A stretch of 64,000 nucleotides of DNA, taken from positions 3,500 to 67,499 of IMG/VR virus record IMGVR_UViG_3300010052_000131; one strand, 5' to 3'. The notes below the pieces were generated by a model. That model had not been told where the DNA came from and searched no databases. It was given only the letters and a program-made list of their open reading frames with translations. This document shows, one piece after another, positions 55,586 to 64,000 of this stretch (the stretch's first letter is position 1; each line of letters opens with the position of its first letter). This stretch comes from a virus (taxonomy: Duplodnaviria; Caudoviricetes). Position numbers and translations under genes: made by a program.

Positions 55586-56503
55586 TCACAGATCTTCCCG
55601 CAAGCCTTTGAAGAACGGGTGTCGCACCTTGCCTTCGGCCGACTTCGCCCGATATTCGATTTCAGCCATCAGTTTGGGTTCAACCCAGATCCCCTTATGG
55701 GCGATGCGTTTTGCATAGGGCTGCGTTGGGCGGATCAGGGGCGTCAGACGCCGGCGCAGTTCCGCTGTGGACGCTTTGTCGAAGCCGTGGTCGACCTTGC
55801 CGGCATAAACCAGGTCGCCGCCCTTGCGCCGGCCGAGATAGATGCCGTCCCAATCCTTGCCGTCGAGTGCAAAGCCGGCGATCGTCAGCGTCTCGCGCTG
55901 GGCGCTCGTTTTCTTGACCCAGTTGTTACCCCGGCCGGAAGCGTAGATGCTATCGCGGACCTTGGAGACGATGCCCTCCAGCCCGACCTTGGCGGCGTGC
56001 TTGAATATCTCGCGACCGTCGCCCTCGAAGCTCTCGCTGAATTGGATATTCGTGCCGGCGATCAGCTTTTTGAGATGCGCTTTGCGCTCGACCAGCGGCA
56101 GTTTCCGAAGATCGTAACCGTTGAGATAAAGCAGGTCGAACGCCACCATCACGATGCGGGTAGACTTGCCCTTCAATTCATTCTGCAGGACTGAAAAATC
56201 CGTGGTGCCATCGGCCGCGGGGACCACCACCTCGCCATCGATGATCGCGGAGCCCGCGCTGATGTGCCAGGCGTCGTCAGCGATCTTGCGGAAACGTTTC
56301 GTCCAGTCATTGCCGCGGCGCGTGTAGACCTTGATCGCCTCGTTGGCGAGATGGGTCTGGACGCGGTAGCCGTCGAACTTGATCTCGTGGATCCAGCGTT
56401 CGCCGTTGGGCACGCTGTCGATCGCGGTGGCCAGCGCCGGCTCGATGAATCCGGGGAAGGGCGCCTTGGTGCCGATCGCCGCCGGTTTCTTGCGCGGGGC
56501 CAT
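55586..56503 (-). CDS. ATP-dependent DNA ligase (LigD ligase domain only)
   Basis: EIKFDGYRVQ, IIDGEVVV, AFDLLYLNG, EGIVSK, WVKK, HPFFKGLRED. Confidence 0.93.
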   Translation of the reverse strand: MAPRKKPAAIGTKAPFPGFIEPALATAIDSVPNGERWIHEIKFDGYRVQTHLANEAIKVYTRRGNDWTKRFRKIADDAWHISAGSAIIDGEVVVPAADGTTDFSVLQNELKGKSTRIVMVAFDLLYLNGYDLRKLPLVERKAHLKKLIAGTNIQFSESFEGDGREIFKHAAKVGLEGIVSKVRDSIYASGRGNNWVKKTSAQRETLTIAGFALDGKDWDGIYLGRRKGGDLVYAGKVDHGFDKASTAELRRRLTPLIRPTQPYAKRIAHKGIWVEPKLMAEIEYRAKSAEGKVRHPFFKGLREDL

Positions 56504-56504
56504 A

Positions 56505-56681
56505 TCAAGCCCGCCGGTCCAGTAGTTCCTTCAAACCCATGGCTGTGAGTTTGAACAGATCGCCGTCTTTCTCGAGGTATCCACGTGCAATCAGGTCTAT
56601 GACCTCCGCCTTCTTCGCGTCGTCGAAGGACGAAGCGGGCCCGATGTCGCGTAGAACCGCTATTTGCCGGTCGGTCAGCAT
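56505..56681 (-). CDS. Small winged-helix-like protein
   Basis: MLTDRQIAVLRDIG...LIARGYLEKDGDLFKLTAMG. Confidence 0.6.
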   Translation of the reverse strand: MLTDRQIAVLRDIGPASSFDDAKKAEVIDLIARGYLEKDGDLFKLTAMGLKELLDRRA

Positions 56682-56685
56682 CAGT

Positions 56686-57045
56686 TCAAACCAAGCGGAT
56701 GGGCAGCGGGAGCTGGACGTCGTGGTAACGGCCTTCGTAGCGGTCGGTGAAATCCTGCAGGCCCGAGGGAATGTCGCGCATCTGCAGGTCGCAGCGCCTC
56801 CGCAGCTCACGGGCAACGTCTTCGGAGACGTCTTCGGACCAACGCTCTGCGGTGTTAAAGGCGATGACGCGGATCGGGTTATGATATTGGCCGGTAAGCA
56901 GGTCCTGAATGACGGTCTCTAGGTCGGCAGTCTCGCAATCGGTTTCCCGCCAGGCGCTGCCGTTCTTGCCGAAATCATCGGCGACCAGATAGACCGTTTG
57001 ATCGTCGCCGCTGGGTACGAGCGAGGGCGTCCATTTTCCACTCAT
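56686..57045 (-). CDS. Bradyrhizobium-type hypothetical protein
   Basis: WTPSLVPSGDDQTVYLVADDFG..GSAWRETD...GQYHNPIRVIAFNTAERWSEDVS. Confidence 0.75.
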   Translation of the reverse strand: MSGKWTPSLVPSGDDQTVYLVADDFGKNGSAWRETDCETADLETVIQDLLTGQYHNPIRVIAFNTAERWSEDVSEDVARELRRRCDLQMRDIPSGLQDFTDRYEGRYHDVQLPLPIRLV

Positions 57046-57360
57046 CACAAACTCCACGCAACAGAACCGCGATTCAAGCCTCCGCCGCCCGAATCGTTCC
57101 GCGCACCTATCGCGCCGCCCCGGGCGCCGCAGTGGCTGCGATCGCGGCCGGACACCGCCGGATAGATTATTCGGGCGGCGAACATAGGGAGGCATCAAAG
57201 TGCGCGACGCCCGCACTGTCGAATTTGCTAGATGTTGAGGGTCGGGCATGCCTGTGACCACTAGGAAAGGTGTGACCTGTGGCGAGGCTTGGTGCCGATT
57301 TTAAATTTGCTAAGCGACTTGCTTCTAACCTACTGTGGGAAAAATAAGTAAAGGCGCCCC

Positions 57361-57540
57361 GTGAAGGACTATCAAGCGTCTCTCGAAAAGCTCCGGGCCG
57401 ACGCGGTTGAGGCTAGGCTTATCTGCGACCTCGCCACCGATCCAAAGAAACGAGAAGTGTTTGACAGAATTGCTACACACCTCGCCACGCTCGCCGATCA
57501 GGTCGAACTTGCCATGATAGAGGCGTCTAGGAACAAGTGA
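57361..57540 (+). CDS. Small helical protein (copy 2, paralogue of 16257-16442)
   Basis: Manual translation VKDYQASLEKLRADAVEARLICDLATDPKKREVFDRIATHLATLADQVELAMIEASRNK. Confidence 0.75.
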   Translation: MKDYQASLEKLRADAVEARLICDLATDPKKREVFDRIATHLATLADQVELAMIEASRNK

Positions 57541-57646
57541 GCCTACGCAACGTTTCGAAGTCGATCTTTTGGTTCCTGTGTCAAAGAGCCAATCGACGGG
57601 CAAAAACGGCAAAGGCTAAGGTGCCCGGATGGGGAGGTAGCGTTCC

Positions 57647-57868
57647 ATGTCCAAACGACGAACCACGACCGCAACACCTTCCAACGAGCCCAACCTCGAT
57701 CTTGCCGGGCGCTATCTGGAATACACGCGCTTGAAAGAAATCGTGCAGGAAGCCGAGCGGCGGCAAGACTCGAGCGCTAGGAAAAGAGATCGGCGCCCGC
57801 GGGCTTCATTGTCACAAACGTGCCGCTCTCATGCAGCTCCAGCCAATCCTTCTGGATCGCATAGTTGA
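57647..57868 (+). CDS. Small hypothetical protein
   Basis: GGAGG RBS; LDLAGRYLEYTRLKEIVQEAERR. Confidence 0.45.
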   Translation: MSKRRTTTATPSNEPNLDLAGRYLEYTRLKEIVQEAERRQDSSARKRDRRPRASLSQTCRSHAAPANPSGSHS

Positions 57869-58040
57869 GGCCGGCGCTGTATTCCGCCGGCGTGGCCTTG
57901 TCGCCGAATAGCATGGGCCCGTTGATCGTCTCAATGTAGATCCGGCCCTCCTGGATGGGCTCAAAAGCTTGCGCGTGTTCCATCAGGCGGCGCGCGGCTT
58001 TTTCGGGGTCGGCGTAGGGGCGATCGGTGGCAAACTTCAT
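57777..58040 (-). CDS. Bradyrhizobium-type hypothetical protein
   Basis: RPYADPEKAARRLME...GRIYIETINGPML...EYSAGL..AI...WLELHESGTFV. Confidence 0.7.
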   Translation of the reverse strand: MKFATDRPYADPEKAARRLMEHAQAFEPIQEGRIYIETINGPMLFGDKATPAEYSAGLNYAIQKDWLELHESGTFVTMKPAGADLFS

Positions 58041-58483
58041 GCGGCGATTCCTTCGGACGCATGCGCCTCATAAACATGCCGCCCCGTGCTGGCAACGTCG
58101 ATCTCGGCTCCGCAAAAGCATCGCGAGCGGCCAGACGTGTTCTGTGTCGGCAGCAGGCATCCGGTATCGAACATTCGATACTTCCAAGCGGTCCAATCGC
58201 GCTGCCGGCGATACTCGCGAAAATCTTCTTCCGTGCACGTCGGAAGATATGCCTTCCACGCGATCTCGAAGTGGCGGCGGGCAATCTTGAACGTTTTCGC
58301 GGTACCTTCGAAGTGACGGCCGTGATGCGAGAGCGGATAAAAACCGCAAGCCCAGCCCCACTGATCAAGGTCAACGGGCACGCCGGCACGCTCGCCGATG
58401 GTGCCGACGCGGATATCGCCGTAATAGATATGCCAGCACTCTTGGTGCCTGCCAGTTTCGCGGCGGCGGGTAAGCTCAGGCAT
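58037..58483 (-). CDS. Bradyrhizobium-type hypothetical protein
   Basis: LTRRR...ECWHIYYGDIRVGTI..RAGVP....QW.W.CGFYP...WTAWKY.. Confidence 0.72.
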   Translation of the reverse strand: MPELTRRRETGRHQECWHIYYGDIRVGTIGERAGVPVDLDQWGWACGFYPLSHHGRHFEGTAKTFKIARRHFEIAWKAYLPTCTEEDFREYRRQRDWTAWKYRMFDTGCLLPTQNTSGRSRCFCGAEIDVASTGRHVYEAHASEGIAA

Positions 58484-58640
58484 CGCGGTCGTCAGGCGGC
58501 TTGAGGATGCCTGTCTGCTCGACGACGCGGGTGAAGTCCGCCAGCGTCTTTTCGTTGATGGTCGACGGCTGCGGCTTCGGCGGCTGCTCGATCTTCGGCA
58601 CGTCGCGGCCGGTCAGGATGGTGCGGAAGCGGAAAGGCAT
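58476..58640 (-). CDS. 54 aa hypothetical protein
   Basis: Manual translation MPFRFRTILTGRDVPKIEQPPKPQP...; overlaps start of next gene. Confidence 0.45.
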   Translation of the reverse strand: MPFRFRTILTGRDVPKIEQPPKPQPSTINEKTLADFTRVVEQTGILKPPDDRDA

Positions 58641-58709
58641 GACCTATCAAAGCGCGGGCAGGGCGCTAAGGCAAATCACGCCATATGTGGGGTTTGTGCC
58701 GGACTAATC

Positions 58710-58937
58710 CTACCGGACTTGGGTTTGAAGCCCAGACGTCGCGTCAGGATCGAAGCCGCGTCGCGTCCACTGCTCGCCGGGCTCAAGCGAGCTATCGTCG
58801 ATCTCAATGGCCGAACCTTCGATCACTACCAAATTCCATGCCTCAGCGCCTTCGCGCGTGAACCATCGCCGGGACGTCTGCGGCGCGTCGTTGGCGACGT
58901 CCCAAGATTTGGCGCGAAAGACTGTGATCTTTGCCAT
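58710..58937 (-). CDS. Small hypothetical protein
   Basis: KITVFRAKSWDVANDAPQTSRRWFTREG...IEGSAIEIDDSSL. Confidence 0.65.
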   Translation of the reverse strand: MAKITVFRAKSWDVANDAPQTSRRWFTREGAEAWNLVVIEGSAIEIDDSSLEPGEQWTRRGFDPDATSGLQTQVR

Positions 58938-59005
58938 TGCTTACCTGTAGGCGATTCGACACTCCGTAGGTATGGAGCGACGGACGGAGGCGCAAGTGGC
59001 TCCAG

Positions 59006-59350
59006 TTACTCAATCCCGTGATGCTTCACCGGCGCTTCGCCGGCCGGCGGTTCCGACCAATGATTGATCCGCCGCAATTCCTTCTCCCAGGCTTTCTTCA
59101 CCGGCTCCGCACAATGAGCCATCGCATCCGCCCAAGTCGGGGAGCGTCCCAATATCCCATTGAATGTCGTCTGGTAGTAGAGAGATTGCGCGTTGTGCGG
59201 CGCTTCCGGTTCGTGCTTCACCGCGCAAATCTGGCAACAGTCCTTTGGCGGCGGGAGAACCTTCCAAGCCATCGGCTTGTGTTCTTCCTTGCCCGTCTTC
59301 ATGTCGACGACGGTCATTGAGCCCGGGAATTGGTTCGCTGCTTTAGCCAT
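59006..59350 (-). CDS. Hypothetical phage protein (CxxC..H..H)
   Basis: CQICAVKHEPEAPHNAQSLYYQ..F....GRSPTWADAMAHC. Confidence 0.7.
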   Translation of the reverse strand: MAKAANQFPGSMTVVDMKTGKEEHKPMAWKVLPPPKDCCQICAVKHEPEAPHNAQSLYYQTTFNGILGRSPTWADAMAHCAEPVKKAWEKELRRINHWSEPPAGEAPVKHHGIE

Positions 59351-59388
59351 GGTCAGTCTCCATAGATTTCATTTTCATCGCAGCCCGA

Positions 59389-61371
59389 TCATTCCGCGGC
59401 CTCGAGCGCGAATTCCTCCGACGACCGCGGCGGCTTGCGATCGACCGCCTCGCGCGGCCGATAGTTGGCCGCGACAACGGCTTTGACGAAGCGGCACGGC
59501 ACCGAGTTCCCCACCATGCGGCCCTGTTCTTCGGCCGTGATCGGCTTCATCACGGTTTTGCCCTTGACCGTGCGCGGCACCAGAATGTCGATCTTGTAAT
59601 CGGCCGGGAACGAATGCGCGTTGAACCGCTCGCGGGCCGTCAGCATCCGCATTCCGATATCGACGATCTGGTAATCCTCGCCATGGACCGTCACGACGCC
59701 CATCCGGGCCTTGGCGGTGAGCGTGTGCAGCGGATCCCGGGCGTCCTGGTGCTGACCTCCGGTCTTGTAGAACTTGATCAGGAAGGCCCGTACTTCAGCC
59801 AGGTGGCCGCCTTGGGCAGTTACCGCGGGCGTCGGCGCGGTGATGGGTCCGCCGCGGCGTTCGCTGCCCTTCAGGTTCAAGAGGCCGGCGGAGACGACGG
59901 CCTGAGGCCCGACCTTGCTGACGACGGTCGAAGCGGGTTCGCGGGCATCGTGTCCCGGTTCCTCATAATTGTGCTGGGCCAGAAAGGCCGCGACGAGCGC
60001 CGGATGCGCGCCCTCGGCCATGAGGGTGTGCGTTGGCTGATCGGCGCCGTTGAAAGGTTTCTCCGAATTGCGCATCACCGATAGGTGCGCCGCCACAAGG
60101 CAGGCATCCGGCTTGGCCGTCTGCGTTCCCGTGGGCGCCTTCGCCGATCGGGGAGGGCTTTGGCCGGCCCTGCCGCCACAGCCAACCAGCGTCGCAGCTA
60201 CAAGGCCCAACGGGGACGCTCCGCCGCCATGGGTCTCCGATGCGTGCGCCGTGACGGTATGCAGTGGTTCGGGTGCCGGGTGCCCGGTGGCACCGCCGTT
60301 GAATTTGGTGACGAACGGCGCGACGATCGCCATATCGTTCGAAGCTGTGAGCGCGTGCAGCGGCGCCTTCGCCGTGTGCTGGCCTTGACCTCGCCTTTTG
60401 CCCTTGCTGTCGACGTCGCCGTGGGCGGTTTGAGCCAGATAGGGGACTACCACCGCGTGCTCACCCCGCTTTGCGCCGGTCTGCGTCCGGACCGGTTCGC
60501 GGGCGGTGTGCGACCGCAAATCGCCGGAATGGGTCACCGGGATGATGAACGGGTCGGGTGCCTCGATCACGAACCGGACCAAGCCTTTGAAAATCCGCGC
60601 CATGGTTTTGGGCCGCAACGGCCGCTGCACGCGGATTCCTCGTTCGGCATAGAGCTGCTTCACCTCCTTTTTGGAAAGGAAGATGGAAGGGCAATCGATC
60701 GACCAATCAATGACGTCTTCGGCCGCGGTGCGCCAGGCGGGCAACGCGCCAGATTTCACGGCTTCGGATTTCGGGTTGCCGTGCGAGGGCTCCGGCCAAA
60801 CGATCGGCTCGTCATCGCAGCGCGCGATGATCTGCAGCCGTTTTCGAATTGTGGGGTCGCCGTGATCGCACATGACGATAACCCGCCATTCGATCTTGCT
60901 GTATCCGCGACGCTTCAACGCCCGCACGAACTTAGCGAATTCCTCGCCCTTGCGCTCGGGATCGGGACGGCCGTTCGCCAGCAGCGGTCCCCACGTCAGA
61001 AATTCGGGCACGTTCTCGAGGAAGATCACGCGCGGCCGTTGCCAAGCCGGTAGCTGCGCCCAATGCAGGGCGACCCATGCGAGCCCGCGAATGCGCTTCT
61101 CGACGGGCTTGGCACCCTTCGCGCGCGAGAAGTGCTTGCAGTCGGGCGAAAGCCACAACATCCCGATCGAACGCCCCGCGCAGGCCTCCGACGGCACCAC
61201 CTTGAAGATGTTGGAATTCAGGTGATGCGTTTTCGGATGGTTCGCCTTGTGCATGGCGATAGCGACCGCGTCATGGTTGATCGCGATATCGGGCGACCGG
61301 CCCAGCGCCATTTCAATGCCGGTTGAAACCCCGCCACCACCGGCGAAGCAATCGACGATAATTTCCCCCAC
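59389..61371 (-). CDS. DNA cytosine-C5 methyltransferase
   Basis: IVDCFAGGGG, WLSPDCKHFS, ENVPEF, RKRLQIIAR, MVGNSV. Confidence 0.93.
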   Translation of the reverse strand: MGEIIVDCFAGGGGVSTGIEMALGRSPDIAINHDAVAIAMHKANHPKTHHLNSNIFKVVPSEACAGRSIGMLWLSPDCKHFSRAKGAKPVEKRIRGLAWVALHWAQLPAWQRPRVIFLENVPEFLTWGPLLANGRPDPERKGEEFAKFVRALKRRGYSKIEWRVIVMCDHGDPTIRKRLQIIARCDDEPIVWPEPSHGNPKSEAVKSGALPAWRTAAEDVIDWSIDCPSIFLSKKEVKQLYAERGIRVQRPLRPKTMARIFKGLVRFVIEAPDPFIIPVTHSGDLRSHTAREPVRTQTGAKRGEHAVVVPYLAQTAHGDVDSKGKRRGQGQHTAKAPLHALTASNDMAIVAPFVTKFNGGATGHPAPEPLHTVTAHASETHGGGASPLGLVAATLVGCGGRAGQSPPRSAKAPTGTQTAKPDACLVAAHLSVMRNSEKPFNGADQPTHTLMAEGAHPALVAAFLAQHNYEEPGHDAREPASTVVSKVGPQAVVSAGLLNLKGSERRGGPITAPTPAVTAQGGHLAEVRAFLIKFYKTGGQHQDARDPLHTLTAKARMGVVTVHGEDYQIVDIGMRMLTARERFNAHSFPADYKIDILVPRTVKGKTVMKPITAEEQGRMVGNSVPCRFVKAVVAANYRPREAVDRKPPRSSEEFALEAAE

Positions 61372-61384
61372 TTTAAATTCCCCC

Positions 61385-61585
61385 TTAGAGTTCGAACTTC
61401 TGTTTGCCGATGATGACGTGACCGGTGACCGTGCCGCCCAGCTTGGCGAGCGTTGCTTTTGCTTCGGCGGCCGTGGTCCGCATCGTTTCGAGCGTGGCCA
61501 GATTTGGATTGGCTGGTAGGTTCAAGCTGACGGTGAACGTCATGGTCACCGCGGCGGCCTTCGTCTGTGTGGGGATCGTGCTCAT
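61385..61585 (-). CDS. Small hypothetical protein
   Basis: MSTIPTQTK...KFEL; ATGA overlap with ATPase stop. Confidence 0.55.
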   Translation of the reverse strand: MSTIPTQTKAAAVTMTFTVSLNLPANPNLATLETMRTTAAEAKATLAKLGGTVTGHVIIGKQKFEL

Positions 61586-63348
61586 GCTGCGAACAGCCAA
61601 GGTTCGGCCTTCAGCTCACCGCGACCAGCAATGAGATCGAGCGTGCGAAGGCGGCTGAGATAATTGGCCCACGTTCCCGACGAATGGCTGTAGCCAGCAA
61701 CTTCCGCCACGGCGGACTGGCTCATGCTGTTCGGATAGGAGTTGAGCAGCGGCGTCAGGATTTTCTGCATCGGCTTGTCAATCTTGCCGAGCACGGCAGC
61801 GTGCAGGTCTGCGACCGTAGGCATCATGTCCGGTTCGGTAGCAAGCGCGGCGCCTTCGGCCGTCAGCACCAGGTCGCCGCGTCCTTCGATCAGCCCCTTT
61901 GTCCGTAGGCGGCTAAGGTAGTTCGCCCACGTTCCGGACTTGTGCGAGTAACCGGCAATGAACGCTGTCTGCGGATGGCTGGGCGCGGCGATGCCGAGCA
62001 CGTTCCACCACCGGATAGCGTCAAGGATGCGCTGTTCGGAATTGCCGACCGCTTCATCATTGGTGGTGCCGGAAGGTCGGGGCGGCGCGGGCGGTCGCGG
62101 GATCGGCGCGCGCGGCGCGGGCATAGGATTCGGGTCGGCAGCCGCGGCCGGAACCTGCTTTGCAAGCTCCGCCTGCTTCTCTTTGGTCCGCGTGGCCCAA
62201 CCTTCAATCCGCTTGCCGCTTTCCTCGATCGACGTCACCAGCGGCAGGAGCTTCGCCATGGTCGGCGCGAGATCGCGGAAGATGCCCGCGATATCCTTCA
62301 TCGCTTCGCCGTAGCCGTCGATCTTGCCACGCGTGGCGGCCTTCTGGATGCGATCATCGATCGCTTTCTTTTCGGCGGACTTGTCGATCGGGGCAGGCGC
62401 CGGCGCCTTCTTCGCCGCGGCCTCGAGTTCGGCGATCCGCTTGCGCAGCATCGGGACGTTGTTCGCCTTCTCCTGTTCGACGACGGCCGCGATACGATCC
62501 TTGAGCTTCCCGACGTCGAGCGGCTTCAATTTGCGGCTCTGCAGCTTCTCGCCGCGCTTCGGCTTCTTCGAGCTGTCGAAGGTAATCTTCTTCGGGAACG
62601 GCCGCCGCTCGAGGATTCCGTGGCTGGGCAACCAGACGATGCCTTCGCCGACTTGGAACGTCGGCAGGCTGTCTTTGATCTCCTTGCCTTGAGCCTTGTC
62701 GGCCTGGCCCTCGATCCATGCATCCAGCGCGTCCCGGTCTTGCGAGGCCGTCAGCTTGAACGCCAGCAGGCCGTCCACCTGGCTCAAGACGTTCTTGTTG
62801 AGCACCGCCGGCCGCTGGCTGATCAGCCACGGGATAAAGCCGCGCACGCGACCGCGGCGGACGATGTTTTCCATGTGGCCCAGCAGGACCTCGTCACCGG
62901 CTTGCGGCTTCTGCGGCGCGAACAGGTCGGCCTCGTCAACGATCAGGTGGAACGGCTCGCCGCCGGCCTTGCGATAGATGGTCTCCAGAAAGGCGACCAT
63001 GAACCGGCGTTCCGCGGATCGGCTTGGCATCTTCGACAGGTCGATGATGCAGCTTTCCGCCATGGTGGCGGCCGTCTCGCCGATCAGGGCGCCGGCCTGT
63101 TCGTTCAGCGGCAGGTCGGCATGGTCGCCGCCGAAGATCACGACGTTGAAGCCGGAAGGCTTCTTGCCGTCGGCGAGCAGCCGGAGGCCCCACCAAACGC
63201 CCAGCGGGTCGATGATCACCGTGCGGGCCTTGTGGCCGGCCAGCAGGATCTCCACCGCCGTCCCGGCATTGTAGGTTTTTCCGGAACCGGAAGTTCCGAT
63301 GAAGCCAAGGCGATCGTCCAGGGCCTTTGAGGGAATGGGATGCTTCAA
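61582..63348 (-). CDS. HerA/FtsK-like (DUF87) ATPase with two C-terminal wHTH repeats
   Basis: GTSGSGKT, IIDPLGVWWGL, LIVDEADLFAPQ, RRGRVRG...SQRPAVLNKNVLSQ; TTG start. Confidence 0.85.
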   Translation of the reverse strand: MKHPIPSKALDDRLGFIGTSGSGKTYNAGTAVEILLAGHKARTVIIDPLGVWWGLRLLADGKKPSGFNVVIFGGDHADLPLNEQAGALIGETAATMAESCIIDLSKMPSRSAERRFMVAFLETIYRKAGGEPFHLIVDEADLFAPQKPQAGDEVLLGHMENIVRRGRVRGFIPWLISQRPAVLNKNVLSQVDGLLAFKLTASQDRDALDAWIEGQADKAQGKEIKDSLPTFQVGEGIVWLPSHGILERRPFPKKITFDSSKKPKRGEKLQSRKLKPLDVGKLKDRIAAVVEQEKANNVPMLRKRIAELEAAAKKAPAPAPIDKSAEKKAIDDRIQKAATRGKIDGYGEAMKDIAGIFRDLAPTMAKLLPLVTSIEESGKRIEGWATRTKEKQAELAKQVPAAAADPNPMPAPRAPIPRPPAPPRPSGTTNDEAVGNSEQRILDAIRWWNVLGIAAPSHPQTAFIAGYSHKSGTWANYLSRLRTKGLIEGRGDLVLTAEGAALATEPDMMPTVADLHAAVLGKIDKPMQKILTPLLNSYPNSMSQSAVAEVAGYSHSSGTWANYLSRLRTLDLIAGRGELKAEPWLFAA

Positions 63349-63902
63349 GCGTTTTCTCCGGTTGGCCCGGGTACGCTGGGCGGTGATGACTGATCGGGTT
63401 CGGCCGCGCCCCACCATTTGCCGAGCGCGTTGAGGTAGCCGCGGCAGAGGCGGAGCTTGGATTTGGCGTGCTTGCCGTCGGCATCGAGCGGGTAGGCAAA
63501 GCCGTGCTCGCTACCCGGCGCGATCGGCACGCCCTTGTGGCAGTGGAAGGCCGCGCCCGCGCGCAGGGCGGCGATCATCTCTTTCCACTTCGGGACATCG
63601 GCCTGTTCGGGCGACCCGGGCCGGAACGCGCAATTGTCGCAAGGCTGGCTCAACGAAGCGCACGGGTCGGACCGGTCCCAGACCAGCGAATCGTCGACCG
63701 GCTCCCACGCGGTCCGGCAGTCCGCGCATGTGGCGATCTGTTGGCCATAAAATCTGAGTTCGGAATAATTGGTCGTGTCGAAAACCATGACCCGACCGCT
63801 GCGGCATTTCGGGCAGCATTTTCCGGTCCCGGGATAGGGACGCTCCAGTTTGGCGGCGCGGCGCTGGCGGCGAGAAGGGAATGCGGGTGCGGTCACGGGC
63901 AC
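63345..63902 (-). CDS. Cys-rich hypothetical phage protein
   Basis: CPKCRSG, CADC, PCDNCAFRPGSPE, FHCHKG, LCRGYL. Confidence 0.65.
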   Translation of the reverse strand: MPVTAPAFPSRRQRRAAKLERPYPGTGKCCPKCRSGRVMVFDTTNYSELRFYGQQIATCADCRTAWEPVDDSLVWDRSDPCASLSQPCDNCAFRPGSPEQADVPKWKEMIAALRAGAAFHCHKGVPIAPGSEHGFAYPLDADGKHAKSKLRLCRGYLNALGKWWGAAEPDQSSPPSVPGPTGENA

Positions 63903-64000
63903 CCCCCGTCGCAGATCGATTGCGGGATGAGCAGCGGCGCGGCCGTCACCAGCACGCCGAACAGCACCAACAGGATCAGGGCGATGACGTTGCGCATCAT
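63893..64000 (-). CDS. Small membrane peptide, possibly truncated by window edge
   Basis: MMRNVIALILLVLFGVLVTAAPLLIPQSICDGGCP*. Confidence 0.45.
   Translation of the reverse strand: MMRNVIALILLVLFGVLVTAAPLLIPQSICDGGCP

Larger units (their letters stand above)
1..64000. mobile_element. Temperate contractile-tailed phage genome (prophage or circularly permuted phage sequence), alphaproteobacterial host
   Basis: Continuous lambdoid gene order: early, repressor/cro, replication, terminase, portal, head, sheath/tube, baseplate, lysis; phage early genes at both window ends; no host housekeeping genes. Confidence 0.95.

Noticed and set aside
57050-57360. att site or integrase remnant
   Set aside because: No tRNA-like core, no direct repeat matched elsewhere in the window, and no recombinase motifs
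58940-58985. Additional repressor operator (gtagg half-sites)
   Set aside because: Half-sites lack the CCTAC partner at N5 spacing

Overview
The whole window is a temperate myovirus-type phage genome of an alphaproteobacterium, most likely Bradyrhizobium or a close relative. The host call rests on a GapR homologue, a GTTC-N7-GTTC LexA box, a sigma-EcfG-type promoter and small-gene families I recognise from Bradyrhizobium; none of this was database-checked. Layout: a leftward early operon (1-9.3 kb: Dda/RecD-like helicase, DUF5131, Bet/RecT, Gp157) that appears to continue at the far end of the window (64-59 kb: HerA-like ATPase, C5 methyltransferase); an immunity region with duplicated promoter-operators and a double-HTH repressor (9.3-11.2 kb); replication/modification genes; terminase, DUF1073 portal, DUF2213 protease, DUF2184 capsid, contractile tail and baseplate; lysis cassette; and a host-like cassette with an ATP-dependent ligase. 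No integrase, tRNA, CRISPR array or reverse transcriptase was seen. The most striking system is a set of eight virion-type proteins that all carry Sec or Tat signal peptides: six in the head cluster and two tail fibres. Six of them have even cysteine counts, while the baseplate-proximal fibre base has no signal peptide and no cysteine. Two unrelated neck and baseplate proteins share a C-terminal LDFSRDD-N-IYxPAII tag. Together this suggests fibres exported to the periplasm and docked onto virions outside the cytoplasm. Other highlights: a LexA-boxed antirepressor candidate paired with a repressor lacking an autocleavage domain, a fatty-acid-hydroxylase gene inside the lysis cassette, a T-x-D prohead cleavage motif, and a PEP-CTERM moron. 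All family assignments are by motif recognition only.
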